DNA of 64,000 nt, from assembly GCA_963514005.1 (NCBI GenBank), contig OY740794.1:41974001-42038000 (forward strand), read 5' to 3'. A program made the position numbers and the translations under genes. This document shows positions 1 through 12,500 of this stretch, piece by piece. Source of the DNA: Raja brachyura (Eukaryota). Under the pieces are notes generated by a model that saw nothing but the letters and a program-made list of their open reading frames with translations, was not told the DNA's origin and searched no databases. Position 1 is the first letter of the stretch; each line of letters starts with the position of its first letter.

Positions 1-1554
1 CCAGCCGTTAACCATGCCATCTTGGGCCATTTTGGGCCAGGGGTAAGAGCCCAGGAGGTAAAACTTCAGAACATTTTGAAAATACTGGCCTCAGGGGTAA
101 CGGCTTTCGCCAGATCTATTGATGGTGAGCCACTAACAGAGACACAGCAGGATGCAGTGGGGCTCCTCTGCAATGCCTTGTTTGAAATTAACTGTCTATA
201 GAAGAGTGCAATACGACCGGCACTGAACCCGAAGTTTGCCGTGCTGTGCAAAGCCAGCAATGTACAGCCGGCAAACTATTTGTTTGGGGTAGACCTGCCG
301 AAGCAGGTATGAGAGCTGGATGACGAGGCCAAGACTCTCCGCCTCATGTGCCAAACCTCAACTCCACCCAGGGGCTCATCACTACGAGGGCATCCTTATG
401 CCACCTTCCACAACAGGCGCAGCCAGCCTAGGAGCTCATGGACAGGAGGCAGAGTCCAGCAGTCCCAGGGAGGGAGGCAGGCGGCCAGGATCACACAGGC
501 TGTAACACCTAAGGTAGGACCTTCTAGTCCTTTGTGGGACAAATCACACACCTCTAATTTACAAGTTGGGGGAAGGCTAAAATATTTTTTGAATGAATGG
601 ATTTGGATTACAGCAGACCCATTCATGCTGCACAGTGTAGAAGGGTTTAAAATTGAGTTCCTTCTTGGCTCAGCACCACCCACTCAAAATGTACCAAACC
701 GCACATATCTGTTCCCGCAACAGGAAAGGTTTGAGATACAGGCTGAAAGTCAGGCTTTAAAAATAAAAGGGATGATTCAGAGGTCTCGCCCAGAATCACA
801 CCAATTTGTATCGAATATATTTCCTAAGCAAAAGAAAGATGGAGGGAGTCGTATTATCCTAGACTTGACGAAACTCAATACCCATGTGCAATATAAACAT
901 TTTAAAATGGACAACTTTGGTACAGCTATTCAGCTGGTCTCCAAAGGATGTTATATGGCTTGCATTGACCTAAAATATGCTTATTACTCCATATCTATAC
1001 ACAGGGAACACAGGAGATATTTGACATTTAACTGGATGGGGCAGATGTGGCAATTCAGGTTGAGCGGAGTCATTATTGTTTTCGTTTTGCATTAAAGCAT
1101 CTGTTTTGTTACCTAACTCTGTTATGTCTGAACGCTTTAACATTTTTTCTCACTCATCCATGGGCAATCCATTCAGTGTGTGACGCCTGGATTCGAACCG
1201 GCGTGAAATCACAGAGCTTTGAAATCTTCACGTAGTCACTCATGTGACTCCGAAGTAAAATAGTAAGATTAAATTAGAATTTACCAGTTTGAAGTTTGAT
1301 CTTGAGGAGTTACAATAAGCGATTACGTTCCCACCGCTCCCATCCCTCATATTATCAGGTCATCTGGTAGTTCTAGTTTCTCCAAATCATACTATCGTTA
1401 GGTCAACTTCTTTTTATCTGTAATTCCACACCATTGCTTTAAAGATTAACGCGCATGACGACTGATGGCCTTCTTCACATAATCGCTCATCGTAACTCCT
1501 CATAAAATCAAGATCAAACTTCGAACTGGTAAGTTCTCATTTAATCTTACTATT
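1..1554 (+). mobile_element. DIRS retrotransposon, internally deleted (gag end, RT N-terminus, then 3' end with ICR and right terminus)
   Basis: ORF 346-1095 has DIRS RT motifs (VGGRLKYF, FVSNIFPKQKKDGGSRIILDL, HFKMD, IDLKYAY). After ~1058 the sequence jumps to the ICR (~1226-1330), which is complementary to the right terminus ending ...ttaatcttactatt at 1554. Confidence 0.88.
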
Positions 1555-2179
1555 AAACTCTCTTGACTTGACTCTCTTAACTGCATTTGGACCAGCCCAA
1601 AATGATACCATCCAAAACGAAATGTACCTCCAGTTAAACTGCTTTGTCAATATCTCATCGATTTAAATATTTTCTGCACATTAACAAAAGAAGCATGGAT
1701 GATGAAAAACATTTTTGTTATTTTTAAGCTTTATGATGACTTTTCAGAAATTGTTTTCCTAACTTTATTGAAATTGTAACGATTTAAAAACACTTTTAAT
1801 AATGCATATACATATATGGATCCTAAAACAGTTCATTAACTGATATTTCAGTGGAATTGAAACATTTATGAAAGACAAAAGGAACAAAAAAAGACAACAC
1901 TTAATTTCTTAATTTCTTTTAAATGCATCGTAGTTTACAGTCAATCAGTATTTTTGTACTCGTATTGTGAAATACTTTATCTAATTTACACACAGCAAAA
2001 TCGCATGAACAGCAATATAGTAATGACAAGGCAATCCTTTGTATTTATGTTCATTGAAGAGATCTGGGCTTTGCAGGCTGAGACAGCATTTAATTGTCCA
2101 TCGCTAGATGCCGTTGAGAAAGTGATGAAGAGTCAAATACCGTCAGCTCACCACCCCCTTCTCAAAATAAATTATCTCA

Positions 2180-4560
2180 CATGGAATTCCTGAAAGTTTC
2201 ATACAGAAGTGCAGCCAATGTTCTACTTGAAATTGACTGTGGTGCTCTCCATTGTCTGGAAACACTTAGGAAGTTCTTGCTTCCATTACTTACATTTCAC
2301 ATGAGTAGTAAGCACGATGCAAAATCTTTCCACTTCACATTGGCAATTGGCCGGCAAGGTGGTATTTTGCAATACGTGCACGGCAGACAGCTCGAACAGC
2401 AGACTGTTATCTAGCTTCACTCTATGGGTTACACCAGACAGAGCAAATGTGCTTTGAAATGGCTGCTTTTAGAGAAATACAGCATGGAAACAGGTCCTTT
2501 GGCCCATCAACTCCACACCAACCATCCATTTTAGACTAATCCTATACAAATCGGTTTGTTTATTGTCTCCACATCATCTTCACCTCCTGTCCGGCACCAA
2601 CAGATTTTACTACTCACCTGCAATTTCCAAAATTTGAGCAAATTGGAGATTATTTCACTTGCTATAATGGTGTTGAAGGCCGTTCTGTAGTCAGTGAATA
2701 GTATCCTAACAAAGGTGTTCTTATAATCAAGGTGATCCAGAACTGAATGTAGTGCAAGAGAGATGGCATTCTCTGTAGACCTATTTTTCCTGCTTGCAAA
2801 TTGAAAAGGGTCTATATTGTCTGGAAGACTTGTGCAGATGTGGTTCATTACAAGTCTTTCACAGTACCTCCATATAATCGATGTTAAAGCTACTGGGCAA
2901 TAGTCTTTGAGGAGGATCACATTACTTTTCTTGAGGACTGGAATAATGGAAGTTTCCTTGAACCGTATGGGGGCAGTGGATTATTGAAGTGAAAAGTTGA
3001 AGATGTTGGTTAAGTTTGTGGGCATGCATGATTTTAGAAATTGTCCAGGGACTCCTTCCAGGTCAGCCGCTTTCCAAGATTTTACCCATGTGAAAGCAGA
3101 TCGGACTTGTGCCACCAAGATGTGGAAGTGGTACTCCTATAAAGGAATTTACATGCCATCATGGCAATTACCATTTGATTGGTATTTTTTATTCTGTGTG
3201 AGAGAAGCACTGTAGCACTAAGATTCATTGGGCTTACTTCTACAATTAGCTGAATCATTTTCTCCAGTTGAGAGTAAGCACTGTGCAGCAAGCAGTGAAA
3301 AACTGTTTAATCAACAGAACTGCAGAGTGGTGAGTTTGTCCATTTCTGTTTTATTGGTGCTTTGGACAGAAGACGGGGGGGAGATGATAACATACTGTAG
3401 CTAAAGTGGGAATTAATTTGCTGCAATATGTGCTTTTGGACTTTGGTAGCGTAAGGAGCATTAGCACTGTCTTGATCTTTCTTTGGATTTGGTGATAAAC
3501 TGTGGCTACTGAAAACATAAAGCATTTGAAGCTATGCTCGAGGAGCAAGTATTTGTCTTTATTCAGGGTACGGCTGCAAACTCCCTGCCATTACAAACAT
3601 GCTTTCAGATCATAAATTATTTTCTGCATGGCCTTATATTGGAAAACCATCATTGATGTACATTCAGCCTTCAAGTCCTCAGAGTGGGGATGCTGATTTC
3701 ACTCTGAAGTTAAGCTTCTTGTGTCAGTAAGACTGAACATTTGTCAGGAATTTTATTAATTAGTGAGATTCTTCCCTGAACACAGTCTTATGGTGCCAGG
3801 CATTTATATCGAGTTTTGCAAATTGTATGGAGCCAGTGACTTTTGAGGTAATTTCAGCACTCATTGGTGCATGAAGCTGATCTTTGATTGCTCGATTTAT
3901 TGCATGCACATACATACGAATATGAGGATCCCAACCCGAAACATCGTCTGCCCATTTCCCTCCAGCAGTTTGTTTTTTAATGGATATGAATGTGATTTTG
4001 ACTTTTGGCAAGTAGGTAATCAAGTTCTTTCTTCATTTGCTTGCACAGATGAGAAGGAATCTTGATACAATGTGATGGTTGTGCACTACACCAATTGTTT
4101 ACTCAAGTGAACATGTAACTTGCACTTGATACCTTTCTGCTTTACAAAGTGAGAAGTGAATCTGTTACAAATTTCATTAAATATTGACGTTCCATGTTTT
4201 GATCTCCACAACATGAAGAGTTAATTCTATGTTGGATTGCATGGAATCCATTGGATATGAAAGCCATTTGCGGTGGTTTTCCTTCCAGATATGTCAAACC
4301 TTTGTAAGGAATGATCATGATATTTCATTTGCACTGGTAGCTCATAAACACATCAAAACGCTTGCTAGATGGTCTGGGTTTAATGGGCAACAAGCTCTTA
4401 TGAAATGATCGTGTTTTTGTACATGACTGGTTCCATTTCTCCTGGAGAGAGTTCATCTTTGTGAGGATAGCCGCCATCTCCATGGCGCTGATGTGTAGTT
4501 CAGCGGAACATTCTCTCCCAGAGTCTACTTTCACATATTTTCAATAATAATAGCATAAAG
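2180..4560 (-). mobile_element. Ancient degenerate Gypsy-like pol relic (protease-RT-RNaseH-integrase order)
   Basis: Minus-strand pieces: KVDSG (protease, ~4530); IRMYVHAINRAIK...FAKLDINAWHH (RT, 3760-4023); LIVEVSPMNL (RNase H, 3082-3291); KLDNS and ANVKVERF-like motifs (integrase, ~2300-2450). Confidence 0.65.
2531..3075 (-). mobile_element. Rex1/Babar-type LINE RT fragment within the Gypsy relic
   Basis: DYCPVALTSII..ERLV..DPFQFASRKNRSTENAI..VRILFTDYRTAFNTI. Confidence 0.8.
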
Positions 4561-6483
4561 CCTTTCTACCTTCAATGTTCACTGCTCTGAAAATGACAAT
4601 AATTTTGCGAATTCAAGCAACTGAGACAATCTAATATTATTGTTCCAGGGGCTTTCTGTCAAAATCACAATGGTAAGCATCCTTCAGTGATCTGCATTTT
4701 CAGCTTTTGTTCATGATTTGAAAAATCACATCTTGCAGCAAATTATTTCAGACATGCCTAATACAGATAGTTTGTTTCCCTGCTGCCCGCTCACATTCCA
4801 AATGCCTAGTCAAACATATTAAGGCACTTTCTCTCACAGGATAGAACTGAGAAAGACTCGGTACTATCTCAAGTGGCAAAAGGTTTGTCATGACTATTAT
4901 ATTATTTGTGTGTGCATCGTGCAATTCTGTTCCATAAAATGTGCTAGACATTGGCATTTGTTCAAACGTATAGATGGGCTCACACAGATACCAATCAATT
5001 AGATTTGGGGTTTGAATTCATGGTCTCCATGGTGGCTTCAGGACCATGCTGACTTAATTACAGACACAACATGGAAGAGAATCTACCCACCAAATTTAAA
5101 ATTAATGACAAACACACGCTCTGGATGGTCCCCACACATATAAAACATGTTCGAAATAAGAGCCACTGCACTTAAAATGTGTGCATTCCCATTGCAGAAA
5201 AGTGGCCATTGAATGATTCATTAGACACCCACATTCTAGTGTAATAATAACTGCTTTCTCCTTTACGACCTTCTTATAACTGGTCTTGATATTATAGAGG
5301 AAATGTACTCCATGTTCTTAAAATGGAAAGGTACAAAGAAAACATATTAACAATAACAATGCCATTCCATCCATCTTGGAAATATGTGTCAGTGGAGGTT
5401 GTAAATGTCGCCTGTGGTAATTTATAACCATGTAAGTTGCTTCATATGTGTTACCTCAAAGTCATGATCGGGCAAAGGTTAAGACTGAGGCAAGTTTCAG
5501 ATTGGCCGAAGTAATGCTATAGGATATGTGAGAATGAGCAATGAAAGAGATGGATGTTTGTATCTGGCTTCTGTCTGAAATAAACGTGTCAATTGAATTG
5601 TTGTAACATTTTGTAACACTGCTGATGCACAATGACACAGACATCTTCCCTAACATAGCACACAGGTGCTTATTCCTGTTCCTAGTTTGTGCAGGTCATG
5701 AGTGCAGAAATAAGTCTGATCCTGACTACGGAGGAAGCATGTTGCTTTTTTTTAGACTGCTTAGGAGTGTCAGGCAGTTCTTATTCCTCCTTGCCGGAGA
5801 AAAGCATGTTTGTCACCGTGAAATAAGGAAATTCCACATTCTTTGCTTTATCACTTGGGAAACACGTATCACATTTATTCCTACATCTTTTGGGTTTGGC
5901 CCTATCAACTCCATGGGTTTAAACTAAATAGTTGGGGGGTGGGGTACTGTGAATACAAAAAAAGTTACAAAAGACACCCGAATTAATGGTAATTGAAGAT
6001 TAAGAAGGGATAGGAGAGTAAGGTCAGGGCCATTTGTGACCGGTGTGAGAGGGGAGGTGAATATTAAAGTTAAAGTGTTGTATATGAATGCGCAAAGTAT
6101 AAGAAATAAAGTGGATGAGCTTGAGGCTCAGTTTGAAATTGGCAAGTATGATCTTGTGGGAATTACAGAGACATGGCTGTAAGAGGATCAGGGCTGGGAA
6201 CTGAATTTTCAAGGGTATACATCCTATTGAAAAGACAGACAGGTGGGCAGAGGGGGGTGGGGTAGCTCTGTAGGTGAGGAATGAAATTCAGTCCCTTGCG
6301 GGGGGTGACATAGAATCAGGAGATGTAGAGTCAGTAAGGATAGAACTGAGGAATTGTAAGGATAAAAATACCCTAATGGGACTTATCTACAGGCCCCCAA
6401 ATAGTATCCTGGATATAGGGTGCAAGTTGAATCAAGAGTTAAAATTAGCATGTCGCAAAGGTAATGGTTATTATGGGAGATTT

Positions 6484-6915
6484 TTTATTTTATTTTTAAT
6501 ATCTTTATTTATTAGAGGTGCCGTAAGTTACATCAGTGTACATCCCTTATATTGTATTACAGTCATTGTACCCCTTAATCTTTTTTAAGGCTTGAGAAAA
6601 GAGAGAGAAATACCAGCAAAGAAAGTGGAAAAGTGAAAAAGAGGTGTGAAAGTGCAAAAGCGCGACAGAGGGAAAGGAAACCCTTGAAGAGTTAGAGACT
6701 GGAGATTAAGAGAGACCCTGGAGAGGACAAACAGAAGAAAAAGGGAAAGATAGAGAAAGAAAGAACAAAAGCCAATTACTTTATTATAAACATCTCGCAA
6801 AAGGAATCTACCAACTCAACAGTTTTTCTTCCCCCTTTACCAAGACCGACACCGGTACTTTTTTGAGGTATTATTGCACCTTATCCTTGTAATAGATTTA
6901 TAAATGCAGACCACG
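6484..6915 (-). mobile_element. L1 3' end (ORF2 C-terminus, 3' UTR, poly-A) inserted in CR1
   Basis: Minus strand encodes WSAFINLLQG*, like the L1 at 52081 (WSPFIDLLQA*). T-rich tail. TSD ttatgggagattt at 6471-6483 and 6916-6928. Confidence 0.8.
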
Positions 6916-7072
6916 TTATGGGAGATTTCAACATGCAGGTAGACTGGAAACATCAGGTTGGTACTGGACACCAAGAAAGGGAGTTTGTGGCATGCCTCCA
7001 TGATGGATTTTTAGAGCAGCTTGTACTGGAGCCTACCAGGGAGAAAGCAATTCTAGATTTAGTGTTGTGTAA

Positions 7073-7650
7073 CCATACGGAGAGTCGGTTTGTCAAGGAG
7101 GACTCTCTCTACCTTCTGCAGGTGCACAGTAGAGAGCTTGCTGACCAGTTGCATCGTGGTTTGGTTCGGCAACTTGAGCGCCCTGGAGAGGAAAAGACTA
7201 CAAAAAGTAGCAAGCACTGCCCAGTCCATCATCGGCTCTGACCTTCCTTCCATCGAGGGGATTTACCGCAATCGCTGCCTCAAAAAGGCTGGCAGTATCA
7301 TCAAAGACCCACACCATCCTGGCCACACACTCATCTCCCTGCTACCTTCAGGTAGAAGGTACAGGAGCCTGAAGACTGCAATGACCAGGGTTCAGGAATA
7401 ACTACTTCCCCACAGACATCGGGCTATTAAACCTGGCTCGAACAAAACTCTGAACATTAATAACCAATTATCTGTTATTTGCACTTTATCAATTTATTTA
7501 TTCATGTGTGTATATATTTATATAATGGTATATGGACACTGATCTGTTTTTTGTAGTCACTGCCTACTATGTTCTGTTGTGCTGAAGCAAAGCAAAAATT
7601 TCATTGTCCTATCAGGGACACATGACAATAAACTCATTTGAACTTGAACT
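7073..7650 (+). mobile_element. Rex1-type LINE 3' fragment
   Basis: TLSTFCRCTVESLLTSCIVVWFGN...IIKDPHHPGH..LLPSGRRYRS; 3' tail gacaataaa followed by (gaactt)n. Confidence 0.85.
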
Positions 7651-7690
7651 TGTAATGAACCGGATTTGATAAGGGAACTCGAGGTCAATC

Positions 7691-8348
7691 AATCAACCAG
7701 TTTTATTAGTCATATACACATATAAGTGCAGTGAAATGAATTTGCCAGCAGCTGTACAATCAAAAAAGAACACACTACACACATTAAAATTGAACACAAA
7801 AATCCACCACAGCATTCTTCACTGTGGTGGAAGGCACAAAGCACAGTCAGTCCTCCTCCATTATTCACCCGTGGTCAGGGCCATAAACCTCCATAGTCTC
7901 CGCTATGGACGGCCCGATGTACAGGCCCTCTCGTTGGGATGGTTGAACCTCCGAGGTCGGGACAGTCGAACACACTCCGTGACTTGGAGGTTCCGAATCG
8001 GTGCTTTCCTACCAGAGGATCCCTTCTGGCAATTTTGGCAAGGGCTTTCCCGCTCCACGATGAAAAGTCCACGCTGCGCCCGCTGCTGAAACCCGGGCCC
8101 CACTCCCGGAAAGGCGGCACCAATCCATGGTATTAGTCCGCGGGGGAGGGGACATGGAAAAAGTTGCTTCTCCATGGAGGAGGCATCCAAAAGCGGTCCC
8201 ACCTTACCCCTCTCACCACCCCCCACACAAGACACACCAAGAGACATTAAAACACACATTTGGGCACACTAAAAAACCACAAAAAGTAGAAATGACGAAC
8301 ATGCTGCTGGCAGGGCAGCCAACTCACCGCGCCTTCACCTATCCACTT
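7691..8348 (-). mobile_element. Non-autonomous GC-rich element with Rex1-like 3' tail (family A)
   Basis: Shares head (gctgccctgccagcagc..ttcgt), body and tail (tgaatttgccagcag, atccaccacagcattcttcactgtggtggaag) with 39718-40645. Confidence 0.7.
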
Positions 8349-8383
8349 GAGCCATTTGGGGTAGTGACCATAATATAAGTTTT

Positions 8384-8890
8384 GGGAGGCACCACGAGCC
8401 GGCAGCCTCGCCAGCAGCTGTTCGTCCTTTCGACTTTTTTTTTGTTTTTAGTATGTCTAAAAGTGTTTTAGTGTAGGGGGAGGGGGGGTGGGGGCATGGG
8501 TGGGGAAGGGGGAAACTGTTTTTTAGTCACTTACCTCGGTGGAATGCGACTTTTCTCCTGGTCGCATTTTCGCCCTCCCTTGCGGCCTAACAGCTTGGAT
8601 TGGAGTGGCCTCTCCCAGAGTTGGGCCCAGAGCTTCAGCAGCAGGCGCAGCGCGGACTTTCCATCGCAGAGCCGGGCGATCCCTTGCCGGCGATCACCCG
8701 GATGAAGTGCTCCGATTGCTGGCCCGCGGACCACAACATCCTGAAACCACGGAGCTTCTAGCCGCGGGCGCGGCGTGGACTCTCCATCGCGGAGTCTGGT
8801 ATCCCTTGCTGGGGATCGCCGGAGACGAACTCCGACTCCAGCCTGCGGCTTATAACATCATGAAGCCGAGTCCAATTCGGGACTGACGTC
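8384..8890 (+). mobile_element. Family A-related GC-rich element, 5' part
   Basis: Head gcagcctcgccagcagctgttcgtc, T-run, G-run, then ~125-bp internal repeat units matching the reverse complement of 40050-40380. Confidence 0.65.
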
Positions 8891-9438
8891 AGAATTTCGA
8901 GCATTCCGACAAGAGGGCCGGTACATTGGTGTCAAGTTGGGAAAAGGGGAAGTACAACGAGATCTGGGGGTCCTTGTTCACCAGTCACTGAGATTAAGCA
9001 TGCAGGTATAGCAGGTAGTTCATAACAAGAGGAGTTGAGTAGAGGAGCAAAGAGGTCCTTATAATTATTGCAGAAACTAGGTTGCTATGAAACATTGTAC
9101 CACCTTATATTCTGTTCTGCCTGAGTAGTCTACAAATGGTATAAATATTGAATGATGGATTTCAGGCAAATCCTACCTCCTGTGATCCGCTCTCTCATTC
9201 TCTCATCTTCCAATCCACATCCAGTCCTCCCATTTTTGTTCCTCTCCCATATCCACATTCAGTTCCCCATCACACATTTTTTACCTTACCACTTACTGTA
9301 TACACTTCACCCACCAGATCCTCTTACCATCTGCTTTCAGGGTACCTGCCAACGTACCCTAGACATCACCTCGACGAGGTGCGGTTCGTTGGCAGAAGCC
9401 TCAGTAGTTCTGGAGAACCTGGGGAAATTGATTTGCCA

Positions 9439-9533
9439 GTTACACAAAAAGCTGGAGAAACTCAGCGGGTGCAGCAGCATCTAAGGAGTGAAGGAGATAG
9501 ACGACGTTTTGGGTCGAGACCCTTCTTCAGACT
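9439..9533 (-). mobile_element. Penelope-derived short element with hammerhead-like motif
   Basis: Near-identical to 14775-14869 and to the reverse complement of 37637-37731. GAAA of the core is mutated to AAAA. Confidence 0.8.
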
Positions 9534-9534
9534 C

Positions 9535-12500
9535 AATGGCCTGGATGGAGTGCTTACTGGAGTAGCTGCTCGAGCGGGACCTGGAACATCAAGCACGGGG
9601 GTCCCTGCAATCTAGGAGCCATACTGCGGGTCCACCGACTATTTCTCCTTCATCTGTGGGCAGCGCTAGGAGTCAGCGGTTAGCTGACTTTGAAGGGGTT
9701 GGCGCAGGAACCAGCAGAACCAGAAATCCCTGAGGAAGAGCTACTGGAGGTAGTTTCCAAATTTGCCCAGCCAGGGCATTCAGGGCAACCACTACAGGCC
9801 AAACTTGTGACGAGCATAAATTAGCTCACAACCCACCAGCTGCAGGAACAGGTGTTGACGGAGGCTATGGAAAAATACAAAGCCCCAGGTAATTGTGTAT
9901 TGCTTAATGTCCCAATGGTCAACACGCCCATCTTGGGGAACATCAGTCCCGGGATCAGGGCCCAGGAGCTGAAAATTCAAAAGATCCTCAAACTGTTGAC
10001 ATCAGGCATCACGGCATTTGCAGAACCCTGAATGGGACAGAGATGACGGAGGAGCAACAGGATGGTCTGGCTCTATTGTGTAATACACAATATGAGATCA
10101 AAATGAGTTTCAGAAAAAGCTCCATCCGGCCCACACTTAACCCAAAATTTGTAGGGTTATGCATAGCCTCTGCAACCTCCTTCCTACGCCACAGGGATCA
10201 CCCGGGCCGTCTTCCAGTTCATCTGGGGGTCGAGGATGGACCGGGTGCGTCCACAATGTACAAGTCAGCAGACAACGGGGGTAAAAGCGTGCCCAACGTC
10301 GCCCTCATCCTGACGGCCACCTTCGTGTGTGGCTGCATCAGGCGGAGTGTAGAGCCAAGGCACGTGGGCACCAAGTGTCACTACCTGCTGAGGTTCTACC
10401 TGTCCCCGGTGTTGCGAAGGATGGGCCTGGCGCAGATTCCACGCAAGGTGCCAGTCAGCTGGACATTGCCACCCCATCTGTCGTCTGTGGAAAGGTTCTT
10501 CCGGACCAACACCTTTGACCACATGTCCATTGGGCAGTGGTCAGCACAGAATGTCCTGCAGGCACTGCAGGGAAAGGACTCGATGGACCCTGTGGCGTGG
10601 TTCCCTGAGCAGACTGCCCAGCTTGTCTGGCAAAATGCCTCATCGCCAGAACTCACCAACAAGCACCAAGACCTGGCTTGACTGGCGGTGAGGGGAGCCC
10701 TCCCAGTCAGATCCTCCCTGCACCGTCGGAACCTCACTACTAGCGCACGCTGCCCTCGGGACGGCTGCTATGGAGAGGAGACGGTTGCCCACCTCTTTGC
10801 AGAGTGTGGATTTGCCCAAAGAGTCTGGAGGAAAATGCAAGGGTCCCTGGTACTCTTTATTCCAAACAGCTACGTCACAGAGGACTCTGATTTACGGACT
10901 GTTCCCAGGGACACATTCAGAGACTGACATCAAGTGCTGCTGGAGGGTCATCAACTCGGTGAAAGACGCTCTTTGGTCTGCCCGAGCGTTGTTCACCACC
11001 CAGCAGAGCGAGATGTCCGTCGGGGAATGTTGCCGACTGGCCCACTGCAGACTGCAGGAGTATGTGCTGAGGGACGCACTGAAACTCGGTGCAGCCAGCG
11101 CCAAGGCTCGGTGGGGGAGGGCCACAGTCTAAGGTCCTTCCGCTGCTGGACATGGGGGGCATGGTAGGGTGGTGACGCCCCTCAAAATAAGGGAAGGTAT
11201 CCCATGCCGGGGGCCACATGAGTGGCACGGGTGGGGGATCGATTTGCGGAATTTGAGAAATGTGTATAGACTGTATGGAACAATTTGTATAGCCTCCGAA
11301 AATGTCGGATGGATTTTTCGCATGGTTGATGTATTGTATATATTTATTACTCGAATAAAGTCTATTTTGAAATATTTTTTTAAAAAAATGCATAGCCTCT
11401 GCTACTCCGCCGCCAAGACAGTTGTTTGGGGAGGACCTGTCTAAACAAGTCAAAGACTTGGATGAGGAGGCTAAAGCAGTTGGGTTAATGAAACCACTGT
11501 CATCAGCCAGGCCACAGACGTATCGGAGGCACCATCCATGTGTAAATACCAGGCCTCGGGGACAACCCAGACAGGGCACCGAGAGCATATCCACTGGCCG
11601 CACCCTATCAGCAGAAGCCTTTTTTAGGACGGGGCCAACAGCGGCCAGCATGGAAGATGCGCCAACCCCCCACCCCAGCAACACAACGTCCACCAAAAGC
11701 CCAGAACATCAAGCCCCACCGGTAACCATGGAGGTAAGGGGGTCTGGTTCTCTTGAGAGTGCTGCATGCATAACTTCACAAGTAGGAAGGAGGTTGCGTG
11801 CATTCTGGGATGCATGGGGTGCTATATCTTTGGATACCTTTATTTTACAAAGTATTCAGGCTTATGAGATTGAATTCATAAATGGACAACTTCCCCCAAC
11901 TCAACATGTACCTGGCCAGAAATTTGCACTCTCTCAAAAAGAGAAAGAGGAAGGACATGTAGAAATATTAAGACTATATGCCAAGGGGGTAATAGAAAAA
12001 AATGACACATGAACCTCTTGAGTTTGTGTCTAAAATCTTTAACAAAACCAAAAACGCTGGTGGATGTAGAATTATCATTGATTTAACCCATTTGAATACC
12101 TTTGTACAAGACACCCATTTCAAAATGGAGACGTTTGAAATGGCTAAACAGCTGATTTCCCGAGGGTGCTTTATGGCCTGCATTGATTTAAAAGATGCAT
12201 ACTATTCAGTACCTATAAAGGAACATCACCGGAAATTCTTAAAATTTGTCTGGATGGGGCAACTGTGGCAATACAAAGCCCTACCCAATGGGCTTACCAC
12301 AGCCCCTAGGTTATTTACAAATTTTTTAAAACCAATATTGGCATCTCTTAGACAACAAAATCACATAGTCATGGTATATTTAGATGACATCTTAATTGTG
12401 GGGAAAACTCTTGAAATAGCTGAACTAGTGATAACAGCTACCAAAACGTTATTTTAGAAACTAGGGTTTGTTATCCATCCAGACAAATCTAAGTTCAACC

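Larger units (their letters stand above)
5920..9062 (+). mobile_element. Fragmented CR1 LINE ORF2 (APE endonuclease and late-RT piece) broken by four nested insertions
   Basis: NAQSIRNKVDEL, GITETWL, IYRPPNS, MGDFN, PTREKAILDLVLCN, NEPDLIRELEV and SDHN motifs resume collinearly on either side of the inserts. Confidence 0.8.

Noticed and set aside
10043-10681. 212-aa novel gene
   Set aside because: Chance in-frame fusion of DIRS gag and Tx1 ORF2 across the insertion junction.
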